This document shows, one piece after another, positions 14,199-27,013 of a stretch of DNA of 64,000 nucleotides. Every line of letters starts with the position of its first letter. Position 1 is the stretch's first letter. The stretch is from the NCBI GenBank assembly GCA_047967505.1, contig CM106538.1. One strand, written 5' to 3'. The DNA is from Dipteris shenzhenensis (lineage: Eukaryota). The notes under the pieces are model-generated. The model was not told where the DNA came from, ran no database searches, and saw nothing but the letters and a program-made list of their open reading frames with translations. The position numbers were made by a program, and so were the translations under genes.

Positions 14199-14955
14199 TC
14201 ACACTGCTCTCTACTTCCCCATTGTAATGCTCAACCTTGTCTTTGCGGTGTTTCCCCCCTTCTACCTTGCCAAGACATGTCTTGCAACCCACAACCCTTG
14301 GCCGTAGGTCTAGGGTGGATGCAAGCGTATGCCCGACAAGATGCCAAAATCATTTTCCAGCATCTTACTCTAAATAATAGACAACGCTATCACCCTGCGA
14401 GTATTATTTCCCTGTATAATAATATCTATGAAGCCCTTCAGCCAATTTGATGATTCTCATGTAGCACCATAGGTCTACAAGAAGCAATTGCCAATACAGC
14501 TTGGGGATTTTTAAATTCTACCCGTCCAATTCCTCCTCGAACTAATCCCAACGCTGCACCTCCCCTACTCCCAATTCCACTACCATCGTCATCTCTGCTA
14601 GCCTCTCACAACCCTCCACTTCACAACAGACCTTCTCACTGCACAATGCAACCACACACCCACATCATGATGCAACAAGAGTCCTTCAACATGGAGGATC
14701 CAAAAGATATAGCCAAGAACGCATGGTATAACATCTTAAAGCCCATACTCTTCTTCGATATCAAGGGCCCTTATGAGGAAGAGGATAATGAAGAAGTAAC
14801 AATCTACACAAAGATGAAGAGTAGCTGTCATAGGATCCCCCACCTGACCAAAACACATGGTATCAAGTGATCATGTCCTTTTACGTGATTGTTGATGTTT
14901 CAGGCGTTAATAGGTGACATAGCAAACTCCAAAGATTCCACTTTAGCCAATAAGA

Positions 14956-17900
14956 TGTTGAGATATCGAGCTCCACTCGTGATATGCCAAGGTGACCGTT
15001 GTGCATTTATGTCACCGACTTGTTAGCTGCAGATGCAGTTGGTACACCACCCATGAATAATAGCTGGATGACAGCTATCCTTATGTACTCTAGTTTGTGG
15101 CTCAGTTAGTATGCCACCTTAGTTAGCTGAGTTTGGTTTGAGACCCACATATAGGGTTCTTCTATTTCTTTGTACTAGAGTTCTTTCGGATTTCACAACT
15201 AAGAAGAGGAAAACTGTTTTCAGCCTCCACCTTTGTGCGTATTCCCCCATGTGTATGTGAGAAAGCCACAAGTGAGACTCCTTCCTTCTCTCCCACTATC
15301 TTGACATGGTATCAAAGCCTAGTTCGTGGTAAGGAGCTCAAGAAAGCAAACCAAGTTCGCGATGTCCTGGTAAGAGGACTAGTGTTGCTTTCCTTTTTCG
15401 AGTTTGGGAGCAAACCTCTGCAGGTAGCACAGCCGGAAAGTGCAAGAGTGCATTGTCTCAGATTGAGACGCCCTTCGTGGTGGGGCGAGAGGGTAGTAGA
15501 TGCTGCGGGACAGCAGGGCTAAGCCCTAGGTGACTTTATTTTTCTGATTCGAGGTCATTTTGAGGCCCGTTTTGGAGGCGGAAGTTCTCTACAAGCACTG
15601 AGAAAAAGGCCCTCTTTTTGTTGTGCAACCACTGCTCTGCAGGTCAGTGAAAAGTTACCCCATAAAAAGCATCGTATGCCTGTGCGCAGACATATTGGGA
15701 GTTATAGAATCATCCTTATTAGCTGTTCATGCAAAATCGTCACTAGGAAGTGACTGTGTAGTCAAATACCACTTTCGTCAATTTTGCAAATTTGCCCTTG
15801 TGAGGCAAAAGCTGTGTTTTTTTGCAGTGATAGAATATTTTGCAGTGTTCTATAATGGCGTCTGATTCTCTTTCACAAATTGTCACTAAAAAGCTTGACA
15901 AGAACAACTTCCAAGCATGGAAGTTTAGAATGAAGAATTTCCTTATGGGAAAAGGCTATTGGGAGTTCATTACAGGAAATGAAGAAGAACAAGTTCTTCC
16001 TAATGTTCCCAATCAACAGGAAATACAAGCATTTAAAGGATGGCATGAGAGAGCCAGAAAAGTTATGTACTGGCTATCTATCAGTATTTCAAACTCTATG
16101 ATTATGCATATTCAGGATGCAAGTATGCCAAAGGAGGAATGGGATACTTTGGCAAAAATGTACAACACAAATACGCAAGCCAGGAAAATGTAGCTCAAGC
16201 GGGAGTTGCACAATGTGCAGAGAGAAAATATGAGCATCAATGACTACCACATGAAGGTGAAGAAAATTGTAGATGCACTTGCTTCCATTGGGTCGCCAGT
16301 GGAAGATGATGATTTAGTTTCTGTGACCTTGAATGGTCTAGGAAAGGATTACGCATAGTTCCGTACTTCCATTGTCGTCCGTGAAAAATTTCCTGATTTT
16401 GAGGAGTTGTTTGCTCTTCTAATTTCTGAAGAGCAAAGAAATGGTGGTGCATCTTCTTCAGGAGGAACTTCTAAAGAAACTATCTTCTACTCAAATGCTA
16501 GAAGAGGTAGAGGCAGAGGTAGAGCAAGCCGATCTGGAGGCCGTGATAGAAATCAGAATATGCAGCAAACTCAAGAAAACCACTCCTATGGAGGAGGACG
16601 TGGTAACTCTAGAGGCAGGGGGAGCCAAAGAGGTCGTGGTGGATGGCAGAGAGGCCAAAATGCAAACAGCAATGTTGAATGCTACTACTGTGGTAAAATG
16701 GGTCATATGGCTAAAGACTACTCCAAAAAGCAGAATGACATCATGAATGGAAAATTGCAGCAAGGGAATTATGCATCTTCTAGTAGACAGGGTGATGAGA
16801 GAAATGAGCATTTGTTTATGGTGCAGCACATGACCAATTCTGTGACAAGTGCAGAAGAAAGCAATGATGTGTGGTATGTTGACTCAGGTGCGTCAAACCA
16901 CATGACAGGTCATGCAGAATGGATGCAGGATGCAAGGAAAATGGAAAGACCAGGATTTGTGGGGACTGGTGATGATACTGCACATCCTATTGTGCAAGTT
17001 GGTAAAATTCCTTTGTCTATGCAAGATGGGAAAAACAAATACCTGTCTGATGTATTTCATGTCCCGAATATCACCAAGAACCTAGTTTTGTTGGTCAAAC
17101 GGTTGAGCAGGACTTGCAGGTCATATTTAATCCTCATGGATGCTTTGTTGAGGATATGAAAAATAACGGTCGTTTGATAGCAAAAGGAAAGAAGAAGGGC
17201 AGGATGTTTACGTTAGATGCGGACCTGCCTGAATTGTGAGTGCAGCAATGTTTGCACATGGGACTGGTGTAGTTGTAGATATTGATATCTGGCATAAACG
17301 CATTAGTCATGTTAATGTACAGCGACTTAAATCAATACAAGCCCAAAATATTGTTGTAGGATTGCCTAAATTCAAGGTTGCGGAAATGCATAAGGTATGT
17401 GAAGCCTGTCAATTTGGAGAACAGGCGAGGAAACCATTTCCTAGACATGTTCAAGAGAGTAAGAAGCCATTGGAATTAATCCACTCTGATGTGTGGACTA
17501 CTAAAGCTGCATCTATTGGAGGCTGTCATTATTTTGTCACTTTTATTGATGACTACAGCACAAAAGTTTGGGTGTATTTTATGAAAAAGAAAAGTGAAGT
17601 ATTTGGGCATTTCAATGCTTTTAAAGCTATGGTTGAAAAAGAAACAGGCCTGCAAATAAAATGCCTAAGGTCAGATAGAGGGGGAGAGTACCTCTCAAAT
17701 GAGTTTGCAAGGTTCCTGCAAGAGCATGGCATAAAGCAGCAATATTCATGCAGTCATACCCCACAGCAAAATGGACTTGCAGAAAGGAAAAATAGGCATA
17801 TTGGAGAGGTATCTCGGGCTATGCTAAATGAAAAAGACCTATCAGATTATTATTGGGCTGATGCAGTTGCTATAGCACTTTACATAATGAACAGGACTCC

Positions 17901-20435
17901 CATTGCAGCAATACATGGCATGACGTCAGAGGAGATGTATACTGGTAGGAAACCAGATATTTCTCATTTGAAAATTTTTGGTTGCATTGCCTATGTTCAT
18001 GTACCAAATGAGTTGAGGTCCAAGTTGATTCCAAAAGGTGAGAAGTGCATCTTTATTGGTTATTCTCTACAGCAGAAAGGGTATAGATGCTATAACCCTT
18101 CTACTCGTAAGTTTACAGTGAGCAAAGATGTTTTTGATGAGATGAGCAGCTGATATAAACCAGTAAATGTGATAGATGATGTAGATGAACAAAATGGTAA
18201 TGCTGCATCGAATTCACAGCAGCAATCACAAAATATTAGTGGACTGCAGATAGTGGTATGCAGGTATCACGAAAAGGAAAAGAGAAGGTAGATCAGCCCA
18301 TGTTTGATGTGAATGCAGGTCACTCTTATGTGGATAGTGAATCTAGTGGCTCAGAACAGAGCATTGAAGATGAGTTGGGTATTCCTTTTGTTGTTACACC
18401 TGGAGTAAGGAAGACCAGGGATGTTTTGAGAGCACCTGGAAGTGAGCCTATTTTGCACAGGTCTACTAGAGCTAGGTATCCTGTGGATAGGCTGAAATAT
18501 GATGGATTTACAGCCATTCTCTATGCCTATATGGTCAAAGTGATACAGGAACCAGAACCCACTTCTTTTGAGCAAGCCATGGGAAAATAAAAATGGGAGA
18601 AAGCCATGGATGAAGAAATGGATGCCTTGGAAGCAAATGCTACATGGGAATTGGTGCCTTTGCCTAAAGACAAGAATTCAATTGGCTGTAAGTGGGTTTA
18701 TAAGGTGAAGCACAATGCAGATGGTTCTGTGAACAGATACAAGGCAAGATTAGTTGTCAAGGGATATGCACAGACATATGGCATTGATTATAAAGAAACA
18801 TTCAGTCCGGTTGCAAGGATGGCAACCGTAAGAGCAGTCATTGCTATGGCTGCATCAAAGGGATGGTCTTTACATCAGATGGATGTAAAGAATGCCTTCT
18901 TGCATGGTGATTTGCAAGAAGAGGTCTTTATGGAGCAGCCACCAGGTTATGTTCATGCTGTTCATCTTGAGTTTGTTTGTAGGTTGAAGAAAGCCTTGTA
19001 TGGCTTGAAGCAAGCACCTAGAGCATGGTCTGACAAGATAGGACAGTATCTTGTCACTATTGGCTTTCAGATTTCCAAGGCAGATTTCTCACTTTATGTG
19101 AGAAAAACAGAGAAAGATATTATGCTGCTTGTCATTTATGTTGATGATTTGATCATCACAGGTGATAGTGATGAAGATATCCTTCATGTGAAAATGCTAT
19201 TGAAGTAGAAGTTTGAGATGAAGGATTTGGGAGAGCTGCGTTATTTCTTGGGCATTGAGGTGATTAGATCACCAAGTGGGATACGGCTCTTACAGAGGCA
19301 ATATGGATTGGACATGCTGTCCAAATATGGGATGACAAGCTGTAAGCCTATTTCAGTTCCTTTGGAGTAGAATGTGAAGCTGAGCACAGATGCAGGTGAG
19401 GAAGACCCTACTATGTACAAACGCATAGTAGGAAGTTTGATTTATATGACTATTACCAGGCCAGATTTGAGCTATGCTGTTGGATTGGTAAGTTAGTTTA
19501 TGCAGGCTCCAAGGAAACCGCATTTGGATGCGGCTAGACGCATACTCAGGTATGCGAAGTCCACATTGCAGTATGGACTATTTTATGAGACTGGGGTTTA
19601 GATACAGTTACATGGATACACTGATGATGATTGGGCTGGTAGTATTTCTGATAGACGATCTACCAGTGGATATGTGTTCTCTTTTGGGAGTGCTATAGTC
19701 ACTTGGAGCAGCAAGAAACAACCTATAGTTGCCTTGTCGAGGACAAAGGCTGAGTACACGGGTGCAGCAATGGCTGCATGTAAGATAGCTTGGTTGCATA
19801 AGCTACTTTATCATATGCATCAGTGGGCCAGTGTCATTTATTGTGACAACATGAGCAGTATATACTTGGCAAATAACCTAGTCTATCATGCTAGAACAAA
19901 GCACATTGAGGTGCATTATCACTATGTGCGGGAGAAGGTTTTACTAGGTCTTATTGATCTAGTTTATGTCAGCACAGAGAATCAGGTAGCTGACATATTC
20001 ACGAAGGCATTGGGCGTAGAGAAGCTGCACAAGTTCAGAGACCTGCTTGGTATGCAAGAATTGGGATTGAGCTCGAGGGGGAGTGTTGAGATATGGAGCT
20101 CCACTCCTGATATGCCAGGGTGACCGTTGTGCATTTATGTCACCGACTTGTTAGCTGCAGATGCAATTGATACACCGCCCATGAATAATAGCTGGATGAT
20201 AGCTATCCTTATGTACTCTAGTTCGTGGCTCAGTTAGTATGCCTCCTTAGTTAGGTGAGTTTGGTTTAAGACCCACATATAGGGTTCTTCTATTTCTTTG
20301 TACTAGAGTTCTTTTGGCTTTCACAACTAAGAAGAGGAAAACTGTTTTCAGCCTCCACCTTTGTGTATATTCCCCCATTGTGTATGTGAGAAAGCCGCAA
20401 GTGAGACTCCTTCCTTCTCTTCCACTATCTTCACA
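14956..20435 (+). mobile_element. Ty1/copia family A, copy A2 (full length, disabled)
   Basis: LTRs 14956-15306 and 20084-20435. TSD TAAGA at 14951-14955 and 20436-20440. PBS TGGTATCAAAGC at 15307. PPT GAGGGGGAG immediately before the 3' LTR. Confidence 0.95.
15855..20123 (+). pseudogene. gag-pol: A2 gag-pol polyprotein pseudogene
   Basis: Starts MASDSLSQIV. Gag, protease (YVDSGASNHMT), integrase, RT and RH are split over ORFs 15840-16193, 16407-17159, 17236-18153, 18258-18590, 18606-19208 and 19674-20123. There is an ~80-bp deletion near 18244 relative to A3. Confidence 0.9.
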
Positions 20436-21222
20436 TAAGATATCATGAAAATTTGAGCCCTTACACAGCTGATGCAGAAGAGTTTTCGAAATGGCAGGAA
20501 GACAATGTAGGGGAAACCCAAGGAGGCTACAAAGGCACGTATCCCAACCAAGTACCCCAAATAGAAATAAACAAAGGGCTACAGCCACAATGGTAGATCC
20601 ACAAGGCATTTTGGCGTACATATTGTTTAGTGGGTATAGACTGACACATCGACCCTACATACACGCCTCTATAAAGATGGTAGCCCTAAAAAGAAGTTGA
20701 AGCTACTGATCCAAGCATTGTATATAATTTTCCAAGGCTCAATTTTCCAACAGTGGGCACCTCTTCTCGTCATTTTATTGCGAAGCATTTGTATTTATTT
20801 AGGAGCCCACTGTGGAGGAGAATCTCCACAAGCTGAGATCTGAGATAGTCTTCAACCTCAATAATGGCCCCCCAGTTTCTACAAATTATGTGGTTATATC
20901 TACGTGTCCAAAATCTTCACGACCATCACATACAGACCTTTAATGATATGTTTGGGACACATTTTTGGAAGCCTCTCGATCCATTTTGCAGGATCTCCCA
21001 CCAGCTCTTCAACCTGCAATGCATAATTAATAATGCCCTTGAGTCCGACATGATGCACAGAGTTCAATCCACGGATGGATCAAAAGTAGGAAGGGGGGCA
21101 TGTTAACCACCACAATCAACAAATCATGCAAGCCATGGATGTTTTGCAAGATAGAGCGAAGAATTATGAGAGGATGAGAGATAATACAAGATCCACCTTC
21201 GAGACGTATGGGCCCAAGTGCT

Positions 21223-21230
21223 GAGAGAGA

Positions 21231-21269
<39 letters not shown>
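21223..21269. repeat. (GA)n microsatellite
   Basis: About 23 GA units with one CA interruption. Confidence 0.95.
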
Positions 21270-22785
21270 GCCCTTCCTTCAAAAGGTGGAATATATATAA
21301 AAGGCCAAATGTTTGAATTTGGCCTTCATTATTATTTGCAGAAATAGAGCTCTCTAAGTGTTTGACTTCTCTCTTACTTCCATTGTAGTGTCCTTGTGTT
21401 TACCACTCTATCTTCCTTCGGGTCCCTCGTCTCTTCTCTAATCCCCTCTCTTCTCCCATCTCCTCTTTCGCTTTTCTCTCTCATAGAAACACATTGCAAC
21501 AATCTGGGAGTCTTGAGTGTGATAATCGATGATAGCTTATGCTTGCATTTCTCCCACAAGTAATACTAGGAGGAGAGTCCCTTGGCATTCCTTCAAGATC
21601 CCCACGACACGAGAGTCACAGCAAGAGACCACACACTCATTTTTAAAGAATGAAAATTTTTGCATCTACATCCCCACCAACATAAGCTATCCCATTGATA
21701 TAATGGCCCTTGTAGAATCATCTGCAAGGTTGGGGAGGTAGCTCACCAATTGGAGCTACTACCCTCCTCCAAGATCTGCAATGTGTTCCATGTATCATTG
21801 TTGAAACCACATGTGGGCCAAAACGTGCCTGTTGCCACCTATGGATGAGGAAGGCCATATCCTCTACATCCCCAAGAGCATTGTGGGTTTTAGAGATATA
21901 GTACTTTGTAACAAGGTATACATTGAGTACCTCATGAAGTAGGATGAACAATCACAACAACCAGAATCATTGTGCAGAAGCATCCCCAACTTTTTCCAAG
22001 CCTAATCAATAGCACTTTGTTGTTTTGGAATCCATGTATCACAACCACAGCATGAACTTTTGTGGCCAAAATTGTATGGGAGGGGATGGCCGAGTTAGAA
22101 GTAGCCCCATGGGGAAAACCGGAGTTGAGAGGGGTGAAAAGAGATGATGGAGGGGGGAGGGAGAAGAAGGGACTCTCTCTCGCTTCACCTGTTCACTCCT
22201 GATGATATCCTCCTACTGCTAGTTAGGGGTGGCCCTAGGGCGAAAAATGGAGTTGAGAGAATTTATGGGGGGGTTGGAGCTGAAAAGGAGATGTCTCTCT
22301 CTCTCTCTCTTTGCTATCCTCTCTCAATTCCCCTATTCACCCCTTCTGCTATCTTCCCCCTTCCTCCCACTCCTTTCATCTATTATTCCCCTTAGTCTAT
22401 ATCTCGGCACCTTTAAAACTTCAGTGAATCGCAATACAAATCATGCATTGCAGTCGACCGCAAAGAGCATGCCACCCTACCAACCGTAACTCTTCAAATC
22501 TTATAACTTGAAAACCAGGAGCAACACAAAACCATGGAAGATGTTAACTTCATTCGATTAATTCTGCTACTAAAATGACATTCATGATGTGCACGAGCCA
22601 CCACTTAGAACCTTACAACCAGGACACATCATTCAGAGTTCCATATTCTACAGTCTCTAGCACCTTTTTCAAATACAAAATTCCTAAATTGCACATGCAA
22701 CCAATACTTACCCTGCTCATCACTGTTTCTCTCTGGATTTGGTGCAATTTACAGCCAAGTGCAAGCATTTTCCACACTAAGCTAC

Positions 22786-23063
22786 CTGAGCCAACAGGAA
22801 CAAGAGGGCCATGCCTGCTTGAGCTCTTCAGAGTGGTCCCTATAGCTCATTCTCATCACCCATCCAATTCCGTCTTTCCTGTCAAACATCCCTTCCAACT
22901 CTGCCTGATCTAGTTTTCTCCTTGGCAATCTGAAGGTTCATTACTTGCCATATTCACGCAGCAGACAATCCACTATCTTCATTGCTAAAGGAATCTCTGG
23001 GAACTCATTGAATGTTGATCGACCAGCAGCATTAAGGAAGATGCTGACACCTTCATCTTCGTA
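22786..23063 (-). pseudogene. Possible decayed NB-ARC (NLR) exon fragment
   Basis: Hand translation in one frame with two stops gives YEDEGVSIFLNAAG...FPEIPLAMKIVDCLLR...GWVMRMSYRDHSEELKQAW. This resembles RNBS-C, GLPL and LSYxxL/RNBS-D in the right order, and it ends at a possible AG/GTAGC donor. Confidence 0.4.
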
Positions 23064-23375
23064 GGTGCATTTGGGACTTCTTTCCACTGCAGTTCATCAC
23101 TCTAAGTGGCATCGGCATCTCCAAACTGCAGGCCATGATCAAAATTTTTATCCCTTCCCGTAAGTATTGCAAAAGTTCTCACTACTCTCCTAGACTTGCT
23201 TTCTTAGCAATTGACAATGGCTTGACATTCGCCATTGCTACAAACATCTTGTCAGGTGGGTGCATATGCTCTTTCAATAGAAATCAAACCTAATACTACC
23301 TCTATTTTACAAGTTGTTTAAGGGAAAGGGTCGAAAGGTAGGATAGTACCTCCACGGCCCAACTCACAGCTGCGA

Positions 23376-23535
23376 GCTGCGTGGGTGATGATATCAGGAA
23401 ACTTATAGGCAATCGGCAAGCTTCAACAAATTGGTGGTGACTCAATTGCTCAAGCTTCTCGCTAAAGAAGCAGCTGCTGCGTGGGTGATGAGATCAGGAA
23501 ACTTATGGGCTGACTCAATTGCTCAAGCTTCTCGC
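23376..23535. repeat. Imperfect tandem duplication, 100-bp period
   Basis: GCTGCGTGGGTGATGA(T/G)ATCAGGAAACTTAT...TGACTCAATTGCTCAAGCTTCTCGC at 23376 and 23476; the second copy lacks ~27 bp. Confidence 0.8.
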
Positions 23536-24929
23536 AGAAGAGAGAGATGCACTCAGAAACTGGTAACCTTTTTGGCCGTACAAAGGACCATTGGGGAAGG
23601 CATTAGTGAAGACTAGTACTTAACCCTCACGTTGCTGGGGCATCTAAAAGACATTGGAATGTAAAGACATCTGAATCTATTGATAAGGCCAATTATTACT
23701 TGTTATCTACAGTAGTTGATGTTGCAATGTTCTAGGGTAAGGAGGGTTACAACGACTTGCTTATGTAAGCTGGTCCAGAAGGAAAAGTCCAAATGGAATT
23801 ACTATTTTGAAAAGATCTAGCAACATTTTCCTTAGGAGAGGGTTGGCCCTATCCTCAGAGAATATATTTCAATGGATGCTACCACTTAGAGATGTCTACC
23901 CAGAAATATCCAATGGAATGACAAGAGCAATGAAAATAGATATTTCTAGGATTGATGATTGCAATAGTTCTAATCCTATCTTGACAAAGTTTTGCGTTAT
24001 ATGCTAGTTCATCTGGTAGAATGAGATGAACTACTCACCCACCACACATACTGCCTAGGTTGCCAATAGTGATAATATCTCCTTGCAACATGCAATTTGA
24101 AATTCGAGAAATGTTGAACTTCCAAAAGTAGCATATGGCTATGCAGCAAAATGTTATACAAATCGAATTGTGTTCTTGAAATCAAATCCATCCTGCACCA
24201 TTGATCGTTATTATTAGCAGTGTAATCCAGTCCAGTCCCAACTTTCTGAAACTTAATGGCGGCTTGAACTGTCATCCCAAAATTACTCAGCCTTTTCAAT
24301 CTTCCTCATTCTAGAAGTCCCGCTTTTAGCATTCCTTTGGGCACCTGGGAGCGAGCTTTTGCACACGGTGAAGAATGAGGTGGAACCAAAGTCGAGAAGA
24401 GCAGCGCTATGAAAGAAAGGTTGCAACGAACTTTCGTTCGTTTCAACATGTAAAAGCACCTTTTTGTCAATTCAAAGGAAAAAGTAGTGCTAAGAGTAGC
24501 TCACAACGTAGACCATATTCTAGGATATAGCAATCGTTTGATCCCAAATCTTATCAAAGTTTGCGCTAGGATCAAAGAGATCAGGAATCAGCATCACGGC
24601 TGGAGTCTCATGCTGTCCCCAATATGTTCCCTAAGAACCCATAGTCGAATTGTTGGTGGATGGAGAAGCCATCTGTACCAAGAGTAAGTTTTTGCTAGAA
24701 GATTGGTCTCCATATATAAAATGTGGGCTTGTCACTACTACAACGACGCTCATAGATTCAAGAAGCTCATGCAATCCGACGATTCCGACCCTGAATTGAT
24801 TCATTAGAAAATCTGTAAGCAGGCATGTCATCAGCTCTAGATTTTCGGAAGGCAATGTACCTCGGATTTCTTCCAGCCGGCATGGTTACATATGATCTTA
24901 ACTTTTATGCCATTAACAATAGATCAGAG

Positions 24930-25345
24930 GCTCAAATCAAGTGAACTTTCAGCCATAACCACATCGTGGGCACTTTGCCTCCCTCGTTTGAGAACCTTTT
25001 AACCCTCCAAGTCCTCGCCTTGGAAAACTATACCCTCCATAGGTGCTAGCTCACCTTCCTAGCTTGCCTTCTTTCGATCTGCCCAACAACTTCTGTTTTA
25101 GCATCTTGCCTGCAGAGATAGGCCATTCAGGCTCCTTGTAGCCCCTGGACCTGTCACGGACTTGTTGTCGGGCCCTTTGCCCATCACTCTGGGAAATCTT
25201 ACCGGTTTGAGATCTCTGAATTTGCAAGATAACCATCTACATAGTGATCCCACAGGAGTTGGCCAACTGCTGACTCTTGGAAACTCTAGATTTGGCTATG
25301 TGAACGATCTCTCCTACTCTATAGCCACATCCTTGGGAGCCGTGC
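24930..25345 (+). pseudogene. Decayed plant extracellular-type leucine-rich-repeat gene fragment (RLK/RLP-like)
   Basis: FSHNHIVGTLPPSFENLLTLQVLALEN, FDLPNNFCFSILPAEIG and LSGPLPITLGNLTGLRSLNLQDNHL match LxxLxLxxNxLxGxIPxxLGxLxx; interrupted by frameshifts and stops. Confidence 0.75.
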
Positions 25346-27013
25346 TTTGCTGAGATTGCCACTTTTACTAATTGCACGGCTTTGGTTGGATCTCTCCAAA
25401 CTTCCTGAGAAGTTGCGCCGCTTTTGAGCGTTAGTTGTTGCGCGTAGTTGCTTTTGAGTGTTCCGCTAGCATTTTCCACGACAACACATGAGACGGCATA
25501 GAGGGTAAAGGATCTGTGGATCGAGTGATCATGTGTGGTGTCACCATGTAAGTTGCCAATGCTCGATAAAAGATGCCGGTGGAGTACATGCATTACTACT
25601 GAGGTTACTTGGACAAATCGAATAGCGACGAAGCTTGTCCTTCATGGCTAGACTTGCAACGGATACAGCACCTGTACACTTTCAAAGATAATCAACGATG
25701 ATGAGCAGAACTGAGAAATTGCGCAACGCCAGAAGATTGATTCCAAGAGCCAAGAGTCCGGCCGATTAGAGCCAGAGAGCGAAGCGTCGATGCGTTACGT
25801 TCGACCACGCCATCGCTAGACCTCAACGGGAGTAAATTGAAAAGTACTACGGCCCGCTCACCCTGCAGACCCTTCAGACCATCCATAGGGAGAAGGAGCT
25901 TAAGGCCGACGTGTCCCGGATGAAACGCTAGGCCATCGAAGAAGCCAAGGCACGTAACACCAAGATCAAACAATGTAAGCAAATGGCCTTGCTTAAGGCA
26001 ACACTCGAACATCCAGGGCTAATTGACGGACTAACACTAGAATCAGCTAGGTTAAATGTCCAATTGCGCATGCAGGCGCTCGTGGATCTAGGAGCGAGCC
26101 ACAACTTCATCTCCCGCGAAGTATGGAAAAAGCTACATAAACCTTACTGTGGCTTAAGTATGCGATATCAACAGTCAAGTCTTAAGCACATTAGGATATG
26201 TGGACTTGAGACTAATGGTTGTTTGCCAGGTAGTAGAGATCCGCTTTCATGTTCTCCCTACCGAAGTGACAGACGAGCAGATGATATTAGGAAGGACCTG
26301 GTGCTACGTCGTGAGCTGCCAAATCGATTGGAGGGCTAGAACATCATCTCTCACAAATGGTGGGAGGACTTCAATAATTCCACTTTGTGAACTTCATCCC
26401 ACTCCCCCCACAGTACCACTACCTGCCAGAGGCAAGGAAGTTCTAAATGAAGGAGAATCTAAGGCCCCAGTGTAGGAATTCGGTATTGCTTCTGAAGAAG
26501 GCCCAGTCTCAGATAGTACAAAGTCCTAACTGTAGTGGCAGTAGAGTAGCACCGCAAGTCACTCCGCCACCCCTACCATCGACCCAGAAATGCCATGAGC
26601 CTTAGGTGGAAGAAGCTATTCTTTCTGCTCAACACCACTTCAACAGTAATCGACAACTTGAAAAAATCAAAGTAGGGGAGGGGTCTCCAATCCTTGGCGA
26701 ACACCGACACGAGCAAACCCATCTAAGAGATGAGCTCGATGCCACCAATTGCCTCAACCTCTAGGGCTGAACCCACCACTCCAAGCATAGCGACCCCACA
26801 AGCGCTAGGTCGCCACAAAGCTCTTGGAACCCTAGGGCTACTACAAAGGCAAGCAGGCCACTTGGGTGCAGAAGTTTCATATAGCACCAAACAGGCGATC
26901 CCAACTTGTAGGGGGTCCAGAAGTTAGTAACACAAGAACCTATGTCAACATTGGATGCAGTACCACAAGAAGCTACCCTCGATCCTGTTGCAAAAAGCAA
27001 ACCCCCAAGCCCC

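Noticed and set aside
14200-14955. Coding-like host sequence of A2 (continuing at 20441-22000), possibly a LINE or DNA-transposon relic
   Set aside because: No recognisable endonuclease, RT or transposase motif could be read.
19368-19376. Programmed stop-codon read-through at the shared TAG in RT
   Set aside because: The context TAG AAT GTG is not a known read-through signal such as CARYYA, A4 and B keep Gln here, and many other CAG>TAG stops are present.
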